Assembly: GCF_009914755.1 (NCBI RefSeq) | Contig: NC_060927.1 | Length of the DNA: 64,000 nucleotides | Direction: 5' to 3' (one strand) | From: the human T2T-CHM13v2.0 reference genome, Homo sapiens | Part shown: in pieces, positions 13,165 to 26,418 of the stretch | Numbering within the stretch: the stretch's first letter is position 1 | How the letters are laid out: each line of letters opens with the position of its first letter | The notes under the pieces: generated by a model | Seen by the model: only the letters and a program-made list of their open reading frames with translations | Database searches by the model: none | Told to the model about the DNA's origin: nothing | Position numbers and translations under genes: made by a program

Positions 13165-13230
13165 AAAAAGGAAGGAAGGAAAAGAAACACATGGAAAGTG
13201 GTATGTAGACCTGCCATTTCAATCTATACC
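12850..13230 (-). mobile_element. MIR interrupted by a purine microsatellite
   Basis: ctattatctccattttattactgaggaaac MIR core. Confidence 0.7.
12990..13187. repeat. Polypurine tract containing (GAAA)15 at 13107-13166
   Basis: Counted directly. Confidence 0.95.
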
Positions 13231-13619
13231 TTCTGCCTCTGTGCTTCTATACCTCCTGAGTTTAATATATACTTCTTTATTTAAACAGTTTTAATATATA
13301 AATGCTAATTTTTCTATGATATAATTTTATAATAAATAAATAAAATTAGCTTGCTATCAAAATATCCCAGTTCATAATTTTATAACTTCACCTCTAGACC
13401 ATGAGTAACCCTCAACCTACCATCTCCTCTTTTTGGACATCTTTGGTATTTGTATCCCTGTTTCTTGGTCTCTAAATATCTCTTCTTTTATTCATGTGTT
13501 ACCTTTCCTAATGACAGAACCCTTTTCTTAAAAAAAGAATTATGAGTTAGTGTAATGTATAAATAGAGACATTAGATGAAGGACAAAATAATATTCTCCA
13601 AAAAGTTATTTGAGGTGGC

Positions 13620-13790
13620 TTAGTGAAGTTGAAAAAGCATAGTCTTTGGTATCACATAGACATAAATGTACCTTTGGGCAAATCTATAAACCTCCCTAAA
13701 CCAGCTTTTACAAACAAAATTGTGTTCATTATAGGAATTAAAGGTATCAATTTCACAAAATCACGGGCAGTAAATTGATAGACCTCAGAA
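13620..13790 (+). mobile_element. MIR fragment
   Basis: acctttgggcaaatctataaacctccctaaacc resembles the MIR core. Confidence 0.55.
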
Positions 13791-13819
13791 CCTAAGGCAC
13801 GGGTCTGAGGAAACGAAAG

Positions 13820-14073
13820 CACAAAGAAACAGAGAGAGAGAGGGAGAGAGACGAAGGAAAAAGAAAGAACCAAAGAAGGAAAGGAAAGGAAAGGAAAGGA
13901 AAGGAAAGGAAAGGAAAGGAAAGGAAAGGAAAGGAAAGGAAAGGAAAGGAAAGGAAAGGAAAGGAAAGGAAAGGAAAGGAAAGGAAAGGAAAGGAAAGGA
14001 AAGGAAAGGAAAGGAAAGGAGAAAAGAAAAAAGAAAAGAAGGGAGGGAGGAAGGGAGGGAAGAAAGGAAGGAA
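13820..14073. repeat. Polypurine tract with perfect (AAGGA)29 at 13876-14020
   Basis: Counted directly. Confidence 0.95.
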
Positions 14074-14189
14074 TGATTAGAGGAAACTCAGAGGTTATTC
14101 TCTCTGTATCTCTAGTTTCCATTTTATTGATTCTGCTTTCTCCAGACAGGCTCCCTTTGTATATCACCTTGCATGGTAAAGTGCAGAGA

Positions 14190-15150
14190 GCTCCATCAGA
14201 GAAATGCAGTTAAAATCCAGTAGATACCACCGTACACCTGAAAGACTTGTGAACAAACAGATGACAGAAAAACAAAACAAAGCAAAACAGAACCTGAGAA
14301 TTTGAATTGCTGGTGAGGATATTGAGCAAGTGGAATTCCTATACTTTGCTGGAGGGAATGGAAAATAGTACAGGCAATTTGGAAAAGAGTTAGACTGTTG
14401 TATATAAAATTAAATACATACTTACCTTACAAAGTAGGAATCTCATTCCTAGATGTCTTCCTAAGAAAATTGCAAACTTTATGTTCAAACAAAAACGAAT
14501 GTAAACATTCACCTACAGGTGAATGGATAAATACATTGAGATAAATCTATGCAATAATACATATTACTCAACAATGAAAAGGAATTCACTACTGATATGT
14601 GAAACATGGTAGACTGAGTAATGCCTTCCCTTCTTTCCAAAGATGTCCATGTCCTAATCCCTAGAACCTGTGATGTTACTTTATCTGGAAAATTAAACTT
14701 TGTAGATGTGATTAAATTAATGATTTTTAGCTGGGTACATCATCTTGGATTATCTGGTGGGCCTGATGTAATCACAGGGGTTCTTATAAGAGGGAGGCAG
14801 GAAATCAGAGAGAGGAAAAAAGGTGTGGAGAAATATGTGACAACAGAAACAATGATAAAATGATTAAAATGACACAAACAGGAGCCAAGGAATGCTATAA
14901 GCATCTGAAATCTGAAGGCAGCAGGTAATGGATACTCCCCTGGAGCCTGTAGAAGAAACCAGCCTCCTGACACCTTGATTTCAGCAAAAGTATTTTAAAT
15001 TTCTCACCTAGAAGTGTAAAAAAATATATAAATAAATTTGTGTTGTTTTATGCCAGTAATTTTGTGATATTTTGTTACGACAACAATAGGAAATTAATAT
15101 ACCCAGCAATGCAGATGAATCTCCAAAGCATCATGCTAAGTGAAAGAGTA
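14190..15150 (+). mobile_element. Old L1M ORF2/3' remnant split by MLT1D
   Basis: gctggtgaggatattgagcaag, gaatggataaata; resumes after the LTR with gatgaatctccaaagcatcatgctaagtgaaag. Confidence 0.7.
14606..15102 (+). mobile_element. MLT1D solo LTR
   Basis: aaagatgtccatgtcctaatccctagaacctgtga, gatgtaatcacaggggttcttataagagggaggcag. Confidence 0.85.
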
Positions 15151-15828
15151 CTTGTTACTGGATAAAATTAAATTGTGTGTTGTATTTTGCGTATGCACAT
15201 ACGAGTACTCATTCTGATAAAATCTAATCCAAGTGAAAAAGTAAAATATCCACCATATTTTTTCCCCTCAACTATGATTATCCCTGCCTTCTACTTTTAT
15301 TTTAAACTTCATTTCCAAAATTTATGTACCAATTTTTCATTCTGCAGTTGAATGTTGTATTGAATCTTGTACTAAGAGAATGTCACCCATATTCGGGGTT
15401 TATTTTATTCTCTTTCCCTCTTTCTGCTCAGACTTCTTTAAACATCTTTCTTCTCTAGTAATTTTTTTTTCCCAATTGTCCTAGTGTGTTTTTTCAATTT
15501 GCTGATGTTCAAGGAAAACCCATTGAGGTTTAAAAATATTATGTTGGTAATTTTTTTTCTAAAAATAAGAAACAGATTTATACTTAAAATATTTACTATA
15601 AGGATTGACACTGGTGCTCTTTCTTGGGCCATTTATCGGATAATCAAGCATCATGACCTTAGGTAACAAGCAAGGTAGCCTGCCAGAGTATTACACAATC
15701 CAAAAGAGTTGATTTGCTTTCATCAGATTTTGCCCATTAAAGAGATTTATAGATTTCATAATCTTAAATAGCACAAAAAATTCCAATACTTAGTAATGAG
15801 ATAGATCAAGACCATGACAGTCATCTGA

Positions 15829-16156
<328 letters not shown>

Positions 16157-17171
16157 CCAAATTTTTTTTTTTCTTTTTTTGAGTTTACAGACAAGATGCT
16201 AATTTACAAATGAGAGTGTTTCCTACCTGCTTATCTTTCTATTACAGTAAGTGTTTTATTTTGTTGTATAATAAATAGAATATTTTTGACAAAAAGTAAA
16301 CACAACCAGTCTCTTCAAAGTATAAGCGAAGTTTTGACAGTGAGTTCAGAAGGAAGGATTTGTTGAAAAAAAGTTGTATTATACAGAATTTCAAATACAT
16401 AAGTCTAGAAACTTTTCTAATACTTTGTAATTTTGTGGAAGAAATTCAAGCTTGTCACTTATTAAAATGTACACAAAGTTAAACTTAAAAAGCAAACAAA
16501 CTAACCTTAGTATTTGAGATTTCCTAAATTGTTTTAAAATAATCTAAAAGAAAATGTTAAGTGGGCTTTTAAAATATACTACATAAAAATATTTAACCCA
16601 TTACTATGCAAGAACAACTGACTGAAATAAATGAGGATTTAAATTTTCTAGTCAAATATCCGTAGATATTTGTATAGTTATTGGTTGAGATTTAGAAAAA
16701 GTAGCGTGATCCTTTAAAGTTTCCCTCTTTATGAAGCTCTAAAATAGATTTTGTACATTTTCAAAGTTTAAAAATAATTATTTAGAAATTTCTAAATTAT
16801 CTTAAATACCTTACAACAACAACAAATCTAAAAGAATTTCAGAAAGACACCAAGAATAATTAATGCCTCTAGGTATTCTTAGTTTCTACTTTGGAAACGT
16901 CACTTTGATGGTCTTAGTCTATTCTTTTATTACTACTTATGGGGGTTTTTTTGTATTTATAAACCACACTATTACAAAATTGTATATTACTTTATAAACC
17001 CTTCAATATACATGGCACTAGGCTAATATATGATGTAAATTATCACTAAATAATCTAGCTTTCTTATGAGATTTATATGTAAACCTTATATCTTTTTTAC
17101 TCTAACAGTTCCTAGAGTGGACAAACAGTTTAGAAAAATAGAAATAGTTTTAGAAAAATAGAAAATTTTCA

Positions 17172-17490
17172 CCTGGGTGCAGTTGGTCATGCCTGTAAAC
17201 CCAGCAGTTTGGGAGGCTGAGGTGGGAGATGATTTGAGCCCAGGAGTTCAAGACCAGCCTGAGCAACATACTGAGACGCTGTTTCTAAAAACAAGACAAA
17301 ACAAACAACAAAAGAATTAGCCGGGCATTGTGGCACACATCTGTAATCCCATCTACTTGGGAGGCTGCGGTGAGATGATTGCTTGAGCAGTGAGGTTGCA
17401 GTGAGCCGAGATTGCACCACTGCACTCCAGCCTGAGTGACAGAGCAAAACCTTGTCTCAAAAATAAATTAAAAAAAAAAAAAAAAAAAAA
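17172..17490 (+). mobile_element. AluJ with long poly-A
   Basis: gatttgagcccaggagttcaag; approximate TSD gaaaatagaa on both sides. Confidence 0.9.
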
Positions 17491-19427
17491 GGAAAATAGA
17501 AGATATTGGAAAGCCAATTAGGATGAAAAGACTTGTTTATATTTCTCCAATATTTCTCCCCCTTTTGGGGGTATATTGTTTTTCTTTCAGTTATAAACTC
17601 TTCTGGGGAATCTTATACTGCTGAATTAATCTGTAGTATGTTTGTTTGTAGGGAGTGATAAAGAAGTAGGAATTCAATCAGGGTTATATCAATGCATTTT
17701 ATGAAATGACTAGTATTTAAAAAGAGGATTAGCCAAGGATTTTCTCCTGAAAATAGCTAGAAATTTGTCTAATTCATAGTGGATGACTTATTATAGATAG
17801 TGTCTATCTCCTTGTTCTCAAACACTGACATTCTGTTTGGCTTGGTAACCAGCTCCTCTTTCTATTTGTGTTTAGTTTCAGTAATTGTGCTTGTATCTTC
17901 TTGTAAAACAAATCTCATTTGATTACTAGACCAAATCAGCCTATTTGTGTACAGAACCCCAAGGGACTAGCATTTAATCCCTTGAGTACTTAACATTCTT
18001 GTGAGTCAGGAGCAAAGCTAAAGTAAATTGATGATCAGAGGCACCAATGCCTAAATTCGTGGGTAGAGCTGACAGATACACTCTTCGTTCTATTAAAAGC
18101 TTGTAGACGTATTTTTTCCCCAATAACCTCCAAGAGGGAACAAATTTAAAACACCAATAGAAGCATTTTGAGCCATTAGAAAGAATGAATTTATAGTCTG
18201 AATTAATTCTTAAAAATTATAAATTTAAAGGAATGAAATTTCTACTTACTTTGCTTATTGTGATACAAAAAGACAGTATGGTTGTCTCTGTGGCCTCTTC
18301 ACTGCACAGTCTCATTTGTGTGCTTTTGATTTTTCTTTCTCACATTCTTCAGCTATTGTCTGTAACAGTACAAGTTGTCTTATTAGCAAATCTTCATTTC
18401 TAGTTTTATATTGTGCTTGGATTTTTCTGTAAGTCTACATTCATATTTATTCAATCTGTTTTCTCTCTTGAATTAGCAAAAAAGTCAGAACTGCTGATGA
18501 CTGAATAGAAACAGCATTGTAGAGCTGGCATTTACTACTCATAAGGAAAGGAACCAAAGTAAACACTGGCCATAAATTCAAATAGGCCAAAGTAAGAAAA
18601 AACAAAGCCAATATAAGCCAGTCAGAGGCAATGTCAGGATAGTAGGAAATCTGTGTGTGGGAAGAGCTAAAATAGATGAAAAGAGGTAAGTTTGGAAGCA
18701 TTCCATGAGCATACAGGTAGTTGAGTCTGGAATAATTTTATGCCATATCTATAAGCAATGTTTGCTGTAATGAAACCAGTTCAGGGAAATTTAATATTTA
18801 TTTTAAATTGGCTTTTATAATACTATTGAGAATTATTTTTTAAAATCAGGTTGGAAGTCAAAGACGGTTCTTTTTGTTTATATTTTTAAATGATGTACAA
18901 TCATTAATATGGTAATATATAACATGCTGTTACCTGCTTCAGCTATTTCCCAGAAGTACACACAGGTGTTTAGTGGTAGGGCTATCTCCTCTTCACAGTT
19001 AATTGAATTGCAGTAGCTTTGTGCAATTCCAAATGCTCCTTTGTTCTCTTGGGATTGATTTGTTGCGGCATTGCTAGGTGGATATAAAAATAGCCTCTTG
19101 TCTTTCCGATTTTAAATGTCTGTGGGCTTTCCCTTCTACCGTTTAGTAACTAATGTCTCAGGGTAGTGTTAACTGTAATTTCAAACCACAGGAATATACT
19201 GGTTAATGCCATAGGGGCTGCATTCTTTTCCAGCTCTCCTACCCAGAATTTGGGGTTTATGTGATTCTACTTAGAATTCCCGCATCTATGCCTCAGTCCT
19301 GAATCTCCTGAACTAGATCTTCTTAGGGCTCTGTATTTGGCTGGTAATTAGATTTTTATGCTTATACCAGTTTAACGTTAGGACAGCCAACTGCTTTCCC
19401 AAGGGTCTCGGCTTGTCTGATTTTCTA

Positions 19428-19880
19428 TTGTATTAACTAGTACTATGGCAATGACAAATGGCTGAATTCCCAAATGAACTAGCATAAGCAAAATTAAAGA
19501 GAAGTAGTGGTTTCCATAGCTGGAGCTTTCACCCACACCCCTGAACCCCACTTCTACCTTCCCAGGTTTTCATTTTTCTCTGTAGTTCTTTGGTTACATC
19601 TCGCAGATAGGGTTTCTTTACTTTGAGAGAAAGTTGAGTATTGTGAGCATCAAATTCAAGTTTGCCTATTCAGAATCTTAGGAGGAAGCAGAAGAAAGCT
19701 GCTCTCCCCCAGCACCTAAAAATTGATTCCAGTAGAGGACTGTGGCTCCTAGGTCATGTGATCACAGATGGGCTATTTACTGAATCTGAAAAGTCTAACT
19801 CATGTAAACATTCCTGTTGTAACAAGATAAGACAGTGCTGATATTAGAAAATGGATATGGGAGAACTTTTCAAGCAAATA
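19428..19880 (-). mobile_element. Ancient MaLR-like LTR (MLT1J/K-type)
   Basis: Begins tgtattaactag, internal ctaggtcatgtg; very diverged. Confidence 0.35.
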
Positions 19881-20069
19881 AAAACCAGTATACTTATCTT
19901 TCCCTAGAACATTTTTTTCTTTTTAAATTTCATTATTGAATAACCTATTCCCCTAGGTTTCATCCTTTTTCTACCTCTGCTTAAGTGGCTGGTCATAATG
20001 TACCAATCCTTTTCTGGGCGCTAAATCAATAATCAGAGAACTGCATCTAGCATGTCACTGAAAAATTAG

Positions 20070-20390
20070 TAGACTGAAAATTTTAACACCTGAGCCCTAG
20101 TACCAATTCATTAGAAACTCAGTGTAAGACCTTGGACTAGTCACTTGAGCTGTTTATGAGTCAGTTTTTTCACCTTTAAAATAGTGGTAATAAAGTTACT
20201 ACCCTTAGGGTCAATTTGAGGGCTAACTTAGATAATATATATTTATCCTTTAGACTAGTTCTTGACATATATAGTATAATTACATAAGTGTTAGTTATAA
20301 TAATATTGTAATGATTAATATCCATAGGACTATGTTTTCATATCTGTAAAATGAGGGATATACTTTAGATGAGAGTCTTAGAAAAGCCTA
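20070..20390 (+). mobile_element. MIR fragments
   Basis: gaccttggactagtcacttg...tcagttttttcacctttaaaatag; ttttcatatctgtaaaatgaggg. Confidence 0.7.
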
Positions 20391-20396
20391 TATGGC

Positions 20397-22575
20397 TCTA
20401 TTAGTCAATTTTCACACTGCTATAAAGATCTTCCCTGAGACTGGATAACTTATAAAGAGAAGAGGTTTAATTTACTCACAGTTATGCATGGCTGGGGATG
20501 CCTCAGGAAAGTTACAATTATGGTGGAAGGGGAAGAAGGCATGTCTTACATGGTAGCAGGCAAGAGAGAGAGTGTGTGAAGGAGGAACTCTCAAACACTT
20601 ATAAAACCATCAGATCTCATGAGAACTCACTATCATGAAAACAGTATGCGGGAACTGCCCCCATGATCCAATCACTTCCCACCAGGGCCCTTCCTCAACA
20701 TGTGGGGATTATGGAGATTACAATTCAAGATGAGATTTTGGTGAGGACACAGAGCCAAACCATATCATTCCACCTGGCCCCTTCCAAATCTCACATTCTT
20801 TTTACATTTGAAAACCAATCATGCCTTCTCAACAGTCCCTCAAAGTCATAACTTATTCCAGCACTAACCCAAAAGTCCAAGTCCAAAGTTTCATCTGATA
20901 TAAGGCAAGTCCCTTCCACCTAGGAGCCCATAAAATCTAAAGCAAATAAGTTACTTCCTAGATACAATGTGAGTACAGGAATGGGGAAAATGCTCCCATT
21001 CCAAATGGGAGAAACTGGCCAAAACAAAGGGACCACAGGTCCCAGGAGGCCTAAAATCTAGCAGGTAGTCATTAAATTTTAAAGCTCTGAAATAATCTCC
21101 TTTGACTCTATGTCTCACATCCAGGGCACACTGATACAAGAGGTGGGCTTCCACAGCCGTGGGCAGCTCTATCCCTGTGGCTTTGCAGGGCACACAACCC
21201 CTTCCCCCCTGGCTGCTTTCATGTTCAGTGTTTAGTGTCTGTGACTTCCCCAGGTGCAAAATCCAAGCTGTTAGTGGATCTACCATTCTGGGGTCTGGTG
21301 GGTGGTGGCCCTCTTCTCACAGCTCCACTAGGCAGTGCCCCAGTGGGGACTCTGTGTGGGGGCTCAAACCCCACATTTCTCTTCCACACTGCCCTAGCAG
21401 AGCCTCTCCATGAGGGCTCTCTCCCTGCAGTAGATTTCAACCTGGACATCCAGGCATTGCCATAGATCCTCTGAAGTCTTGACTTCTGTGCCCCTCTAGG
21501 CTCAACACAACATGAAAGCCTCCAAGGCTTGGGGCTTGAACCTTCTGAAACAATGGCCCAAGCTGTACCTTGGCCCATTTTAGCCATGGCTTGAGCTGGA
21601 GTGGCTGGGATGCAGAGTACCAAGTCCTGAGGCAGCACACAGCAGCAGGGCCCTGAGCCTGACCCATGAAACCATTTTTTCCCCTAGGCCTCTTGGCCTG
21701 TGATGGGAGGGGCTGCCATCAAGCTCTCTGACATGGCCTAGAGACATTTTCCCCATTTTCCTGGTGATTAACATTTGGTTCCTCATTATTTATGTACATT
21801 TCTGCAGCTGGCTTCAATTTCTTTTCTGAAAACAAGTTTTTCTTTTCTATCACATCATCAGACTGCAAATTTTCTGAACTTTTATGCTCTGCTTCCCTTT
21901 TAAACATAAGTTCCAATTTCTGATAATCTCTTTCAAGTTAAAATGTCACAGATCTCTAGGAGAGGGACAAAATGCTGCCAGTCTCTTTGCTAAAGCATAG
22001 CAAGAGTGACCTTTGCTCCAGTTCCCAAGAAGTTCCTTATTTCCGTCTGAAATCACCTCAGCCTGGACTTCATTGTCCACATCATTATCAGCATTTGGTG
22101 AAAACTATTCAACAAGTCCCTAAGAATTTTCAAACTTTCCCACATCTGTCTTCTGTGCCTCTCAAACTGTTCCAACCTCTGACTGTTACCCATTTCCAAA
22201 GTAACTTGCACATTTTCAGGTTATCTTTATAGCACTGCCCCACTCCTGGTACCAATTTCCTGTGTTAATCTTTTTTCGCACTGCTATAAAGAACTTCCCT
22301 GAGACTGCTGTATGTGTCAGCAGTAATTTATTTAAAAAGGAGATTTAATTGACTCACAGTTCCACATGGCTGGGGAGGCCTCAGAAAACTTATAATCATA
22401 GCAGAAGGGGAAGCAGGCACATTTTACACAGTGACAGGCAAGAGAGAGTATGTGAAGGAGGAACTGTCAAACATTTATAAAACCATCAGATCCCATGAGA
22501 ACTCACTCACTGCCATGAGAACAGCTTGGGGGAAACCGTCCCTATGATCTACTTACCTCCTACCATGTCTCCTAG
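20397..22575 (-). mobile_element. THE1D-like MaLR element: 3' LTR 20397-20767, internal 20768-22260, truncated 5' LTR 22261-22575
   Basis: LTR-internal-LTR structure; LTR ends cacagagccaaaccatatca; internal region ends ctcctggtaccaattt. Confidence 0.92.
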
Positions 22576-22589
22576 ATATATAAATAGTT

Positions 22590-22897
22590 CATGGAACAGA
22601 AATTTAATGGACTCGCAGTTCCACATGGCTGGGGAGGCCTCACAGTCATGGCAGAAGACAAAAAAAACATGTCTTACATGGCAGCAGGCAAGAAAAGAAT
22701 GAGAGTGAAGTGAAAGGGGTTTCCCGTTACATAACCCTCTTATCTCATGAGACTCATTCACTATCATGCTAACAGTATGGAGGAAACCACCCCCATGATT
22801 AAATTATCTCCCACTGGGTTCCTCCTACAACACATGAGAATTATAGGAGCTATGATTCGAGATGAGATTTGGGTGGGAACACAGCCAAACCATATCA
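22590..22897 (-). mobile_element. THE1B/C-type LTR, 3'-truncated, fused to the THE1D LTR
   Basis: tttaatggactcgcagttcc, gtgaaaggggtttccc, ends acagccaaaccatatca. Confidence 0.85.
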
Positions 22898-22999
22898 GTA
22901 ATTCAAGAAATTCTTACTAGATACTGCAAGTACTGCAAGTTCTTTTTGTCAGTCAAATACATCAACACATCAATTTTGATTATTGAGAATATAGTTATT

Positions 23000-23990
23000 T
23001 AACTATAATGAGATACCGTTTCACCTAGGTCAAATGACTAACATTAAAAATGTTGACATCAAATTTTGCATATAGAATGTCTTGAAGTGTCATATATTGT
23101 TGGCAGACATTTAAATGAATTAATTTTTTTTTTGCTGTTTTGTATTTCCTTTTAACCATATGTGTAAGTTATGGCCTAGCAATTTCAGTCCTATTTATGT
23201 ACCTGAGATAAATGTAAATGTATGTGTACAAGAAGACACGTACCAAAAGGTTCACAGAGGCTTTTCTTCATTATAGCCCCAAACTGGCAACAACCTAAAT
23301 GTCTGTCAACTGATAAATAGATTTTTTTTTTTGAGATGGAGTCTTGCTCTATTGCCCAGGCTGGAGTGCAGTGGCACGATCTCAGCTCACTGCAAGCTTC
23401 ACCCCTGGGTTCACGCCATTCTCCTGCCTCAGCCTCCCAAGTAGCTGGAACTGCAGGCACCCGCCACCATGCCTGGCTATTTTTTTTTTTTTTTTTGTAT
23501 TTTTAGTAGAGATGGGGTTTCACCGTGTTAGCCAGGATGGTCTCGATCTCCTGACCTCGTGATCCACTCGCTTTGGCTTCCCAAAGTGCTAGGATTACAG
23601 GCATAAGCCACAGCGCCCAGCCAATTTTTTAAAATGCCACGTATCCTTACAATGAAATACTATTCAGTAATAAAAAGGAATGATTTAATATATAGCATAA
23701 CCTGTAAGAATCTCAGAAACCTTATGTTAAATGAAAGAAGCCATTAACCAAAAATTGCATATTGCATAGTGCCATTACATGAAGTTCAAGAAGAGGCAAA
23801 ACACATCTGTAATAATAGAAAGGAGAAAAGTGGTTACCTAGGAGTGTGGAGATTGACTGGAAGAGGGCCTGAGTGAACTCTCTGGAATGACAAAAATTTT
23901 CTTTTTCTTCATTGGGATAGTGGTTTCACAGGTATATACATTGAATTGTGTACAAGATCTATTCATTTAACTGTAGGTAAAATAAATTTG
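23000..23990 (+). mobile_element. L1ME-like remnant
   Basis: ggcctagcaatttcagtcct, aaactggcaacaacctaaatgtc, agtggttaccta. Confidence 0.7.
23322..23622 (-). mobile_element. AluY
   Basis: Dimeric Alu with ggttcacgccattctcc and ccgtgttagccaggatgg. Confidence 0.95.
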
Positions 23991-24070
23991 TGAATTTACA
24001 TACATTTGTCTTATAATTGCATGATAATTAGCAAAAACATTCCTAATTTTTAATGAAGCCACCCTATTAT

Positions 24071-24350
24071 TGTAATGGTTAATTTTGTGTATCAGCTTAA
24101 CTGAGCCATGGAGGTGGTCATTCAGTTGGCCAAACATTATTCTGTATGTGTCAGCAGGGGTGTTCCTTGATAAGATTAATATTTGAGTGAGTAGACTGAG
24201 TTAAGCAGATTGCCTTCCCTAATTTGGGTGGGCCTCATCCAACCAACTGAAGAACTAATAGAACAAAATGTTTGAGTGAGAAGAAACTCCTACTGCCTGA
24301 TTGTTTTAGCTGGGACATTGATCTTTTCTGGCCTTTGAACTCAGACTCAG
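24071..24350 (+). mobile_element. MLT2 (D-like) ERVL LTR, 3'-truncated
   Basis: tgtaatggttaattttgtgtatcagc, gggtgggcctcatccaacc. Confidence 0.8.
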
Positions 24351-24654
24351 AGGTTGATTTTGTTTAATAATCAAATTTTGATCGGTTATACAACATTAAT
24401 AGCATGAAACAGATTGTATTTCATATCTTCATTCCAGAAAATGTAGCTACTTAGTCTCATCCCCTGTCACTCACCCTGTGTTCTGGAGGCATTAACTCAC
24501 TTTGCAAGCTAATTTCCTCTGCATAACTCTCTTTTACCTTGCTTTAAGTAATTTATTCTTAGAAGTAAGCCTCATTTATTTAATTAACTCTCAGCTACAC
24601 AATTCTCAACATCATTTTCTTAAGCATTATCATCAATAACTTCATCATTAGCAG

Positions 24655-24860
24655 AGAGACAGTTCAGATAAGTGGTTAATGTCATAGACTTTGCATCCAA
24701 AATTACTAGCTGTTTGACCTTAGTTAACCCCTTTATATCTCCGTTTAAATCACTGCAGAAATAGCACCTATCACATATTGTTGTCATCATAAAATGACTT
24801 AACAGATTTCAAATACCTAAAAAAGTACTGAACATAACAAATAAAGTGACATAATCATTA
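24655..24860 (+). mobile_element. MIR
   Basis: agtggttaatg...ttactagctgtttgaccttag. Confidence 0.6.
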
Positions 24861-25808
24861 TAAAAAATAAAACTTTGTATATTGATACATTGTCTTCAGT
24901 ACCATCACTAAGCGCAGGCTTCTGCTATAGGCTTTCAAGACTCAACAGGAAAAAAAGAAAAAGATAAGAGGCAAACTTTTTTAATTTATAAAACTTAACA
25001 TTCACACATAAACCATAAGATTAATTCAAAATTAATATTGTAAAAAGTATATTGCATATGAAGTAAAATATAAAGTGTTGAAAAATATCAATTTAGTATT
25101 ACCTTAAATTTACACATTCTCTTAGAGCCTAATAATTTAGATCAAATAGAGATGTATCTAAAAATGTCAAGTTTTTTGTTGTTATAAATCTAATTTGCCT
25201 GGCACTCAATTAGTATTCTTTCAGCTATGTTTTTTAAAAAATACAAGAACTAAACAGTAGAGTGAAGATTAGTTAAATTGTGGAAGAGTAGAATTTCTTT
25301 CAGATCATTAGAAGCAGAAATATGATTAAAATGAAGGAATAATTGTCTAATCTTGCCTGTGATGGCTTTTACCTTAATTTTGAACTTAAAAATACATGAC
25401 TCAAAAATAATGTTGCTAACTTCTTGGGCTGTATTTTCTTCCACTGTATTCACAAAACCATAATTTTGTTTTTACCTGTAACTTACTTTCCTCAGGCGGT
25501 TATCAATAGAGTCCACTCTCTGGGCAAATTACTGAACTTGAGAAAAAAAGACAAATTTTTTTTTAAATAAAAAAAAAGATCTCCTCTCCCATTAAAGTCC
25601 AATATCTTAAACTATGCAGTACCCTGAGACTCTGTGCCCACCATACTCCCTTTTTTCTTTGCAATTTATTATCTCTCTCTTAAATGATTTCCATCAGCAT
25701 GCAAATATTCCCTCTTTAAAAAATGAATTTCCTTTAACTTATATATCTTTCATCTGCTGCTGTATTTCTTAGTTCCCTTCAACAGAAAATTTTCTTAAAT
25801 GTCATCTA

Positions 25809-26207
25809 CTTTTGCTGTGCAGACGCTCTTTAGTTTCATTAGATCCCATTTGTCTATTTTGGCTTGTGTTGCCATTGCTTTTGGTGTTTTAGTCATGAAA
25901 TCTTTGCCCATGCCTATATCCCGAATGGTACACAAGAAGAGAAAACCAAACACCGCATGTTCTCACTCATAAGTGGGAGTTCAACAATGAGAACACACGG
26001 ACACAGGGAGGGGAACATCACACACTGGGGCCTGTCGGGGGTTCGGGAGCTAGGGGAAGGATAGCATTAGGAGAAATACCTAATGTAAATGACAAGTTGA
26101 TGGGTGCAGCCAACCAATATGGTACATGTAACATATTGGCACCTATGTAACAAACCTGCCCGTTGTGCACATATACCCCAGAACTTAAAGTATAATTTTT
26201 AAAAAAA
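25809..26207 (+). mobile_element. L1PA7/8-like insertion, 5'-inverted (antisense 25809-25930, sense 25931-26207)
   Basis: Antisense ORF2 piece joined to sense 3' UTR and A tail; tcatcta on both flanks (25802, 26208). Confidence 0.9.
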
Positions 26208-26418
26208 TCATCTATAGTCACTATTCTTATAATTGCAGATTCTTGCCCTTCCTTTTTACTCTTCCCCAAGCTGTTTTCATTATTTTCCATTGATCAGGCT
26301 AGGGTTATGAGTGATCTCTAACAGTTGGGAAATTCACAGCTCATTCTAATAGGCTCACCTTACTAGCTATCTTAATGGAATCCAATACTGCTTACCTTAC
26401 TTGATCTACTTTGTTAGT

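Noticed and set aside
12954-14167. Low-complexity ORFs (FLSF, KERK, FPFLS repeats)
   Set aside because: Translations of GAAA and GGAAA microsatellites
16780-16797. Perfect 18-bp palindrome ATTTAGAAATTTCTAAAT
   Set aside because: 9-bp AT-rich arms are expected occasionally by chance at this composition
20663-22232. Cluster of overlapping ORFs
   Set aside because: Fragments of the THE1 internal region with frameshifts and stops
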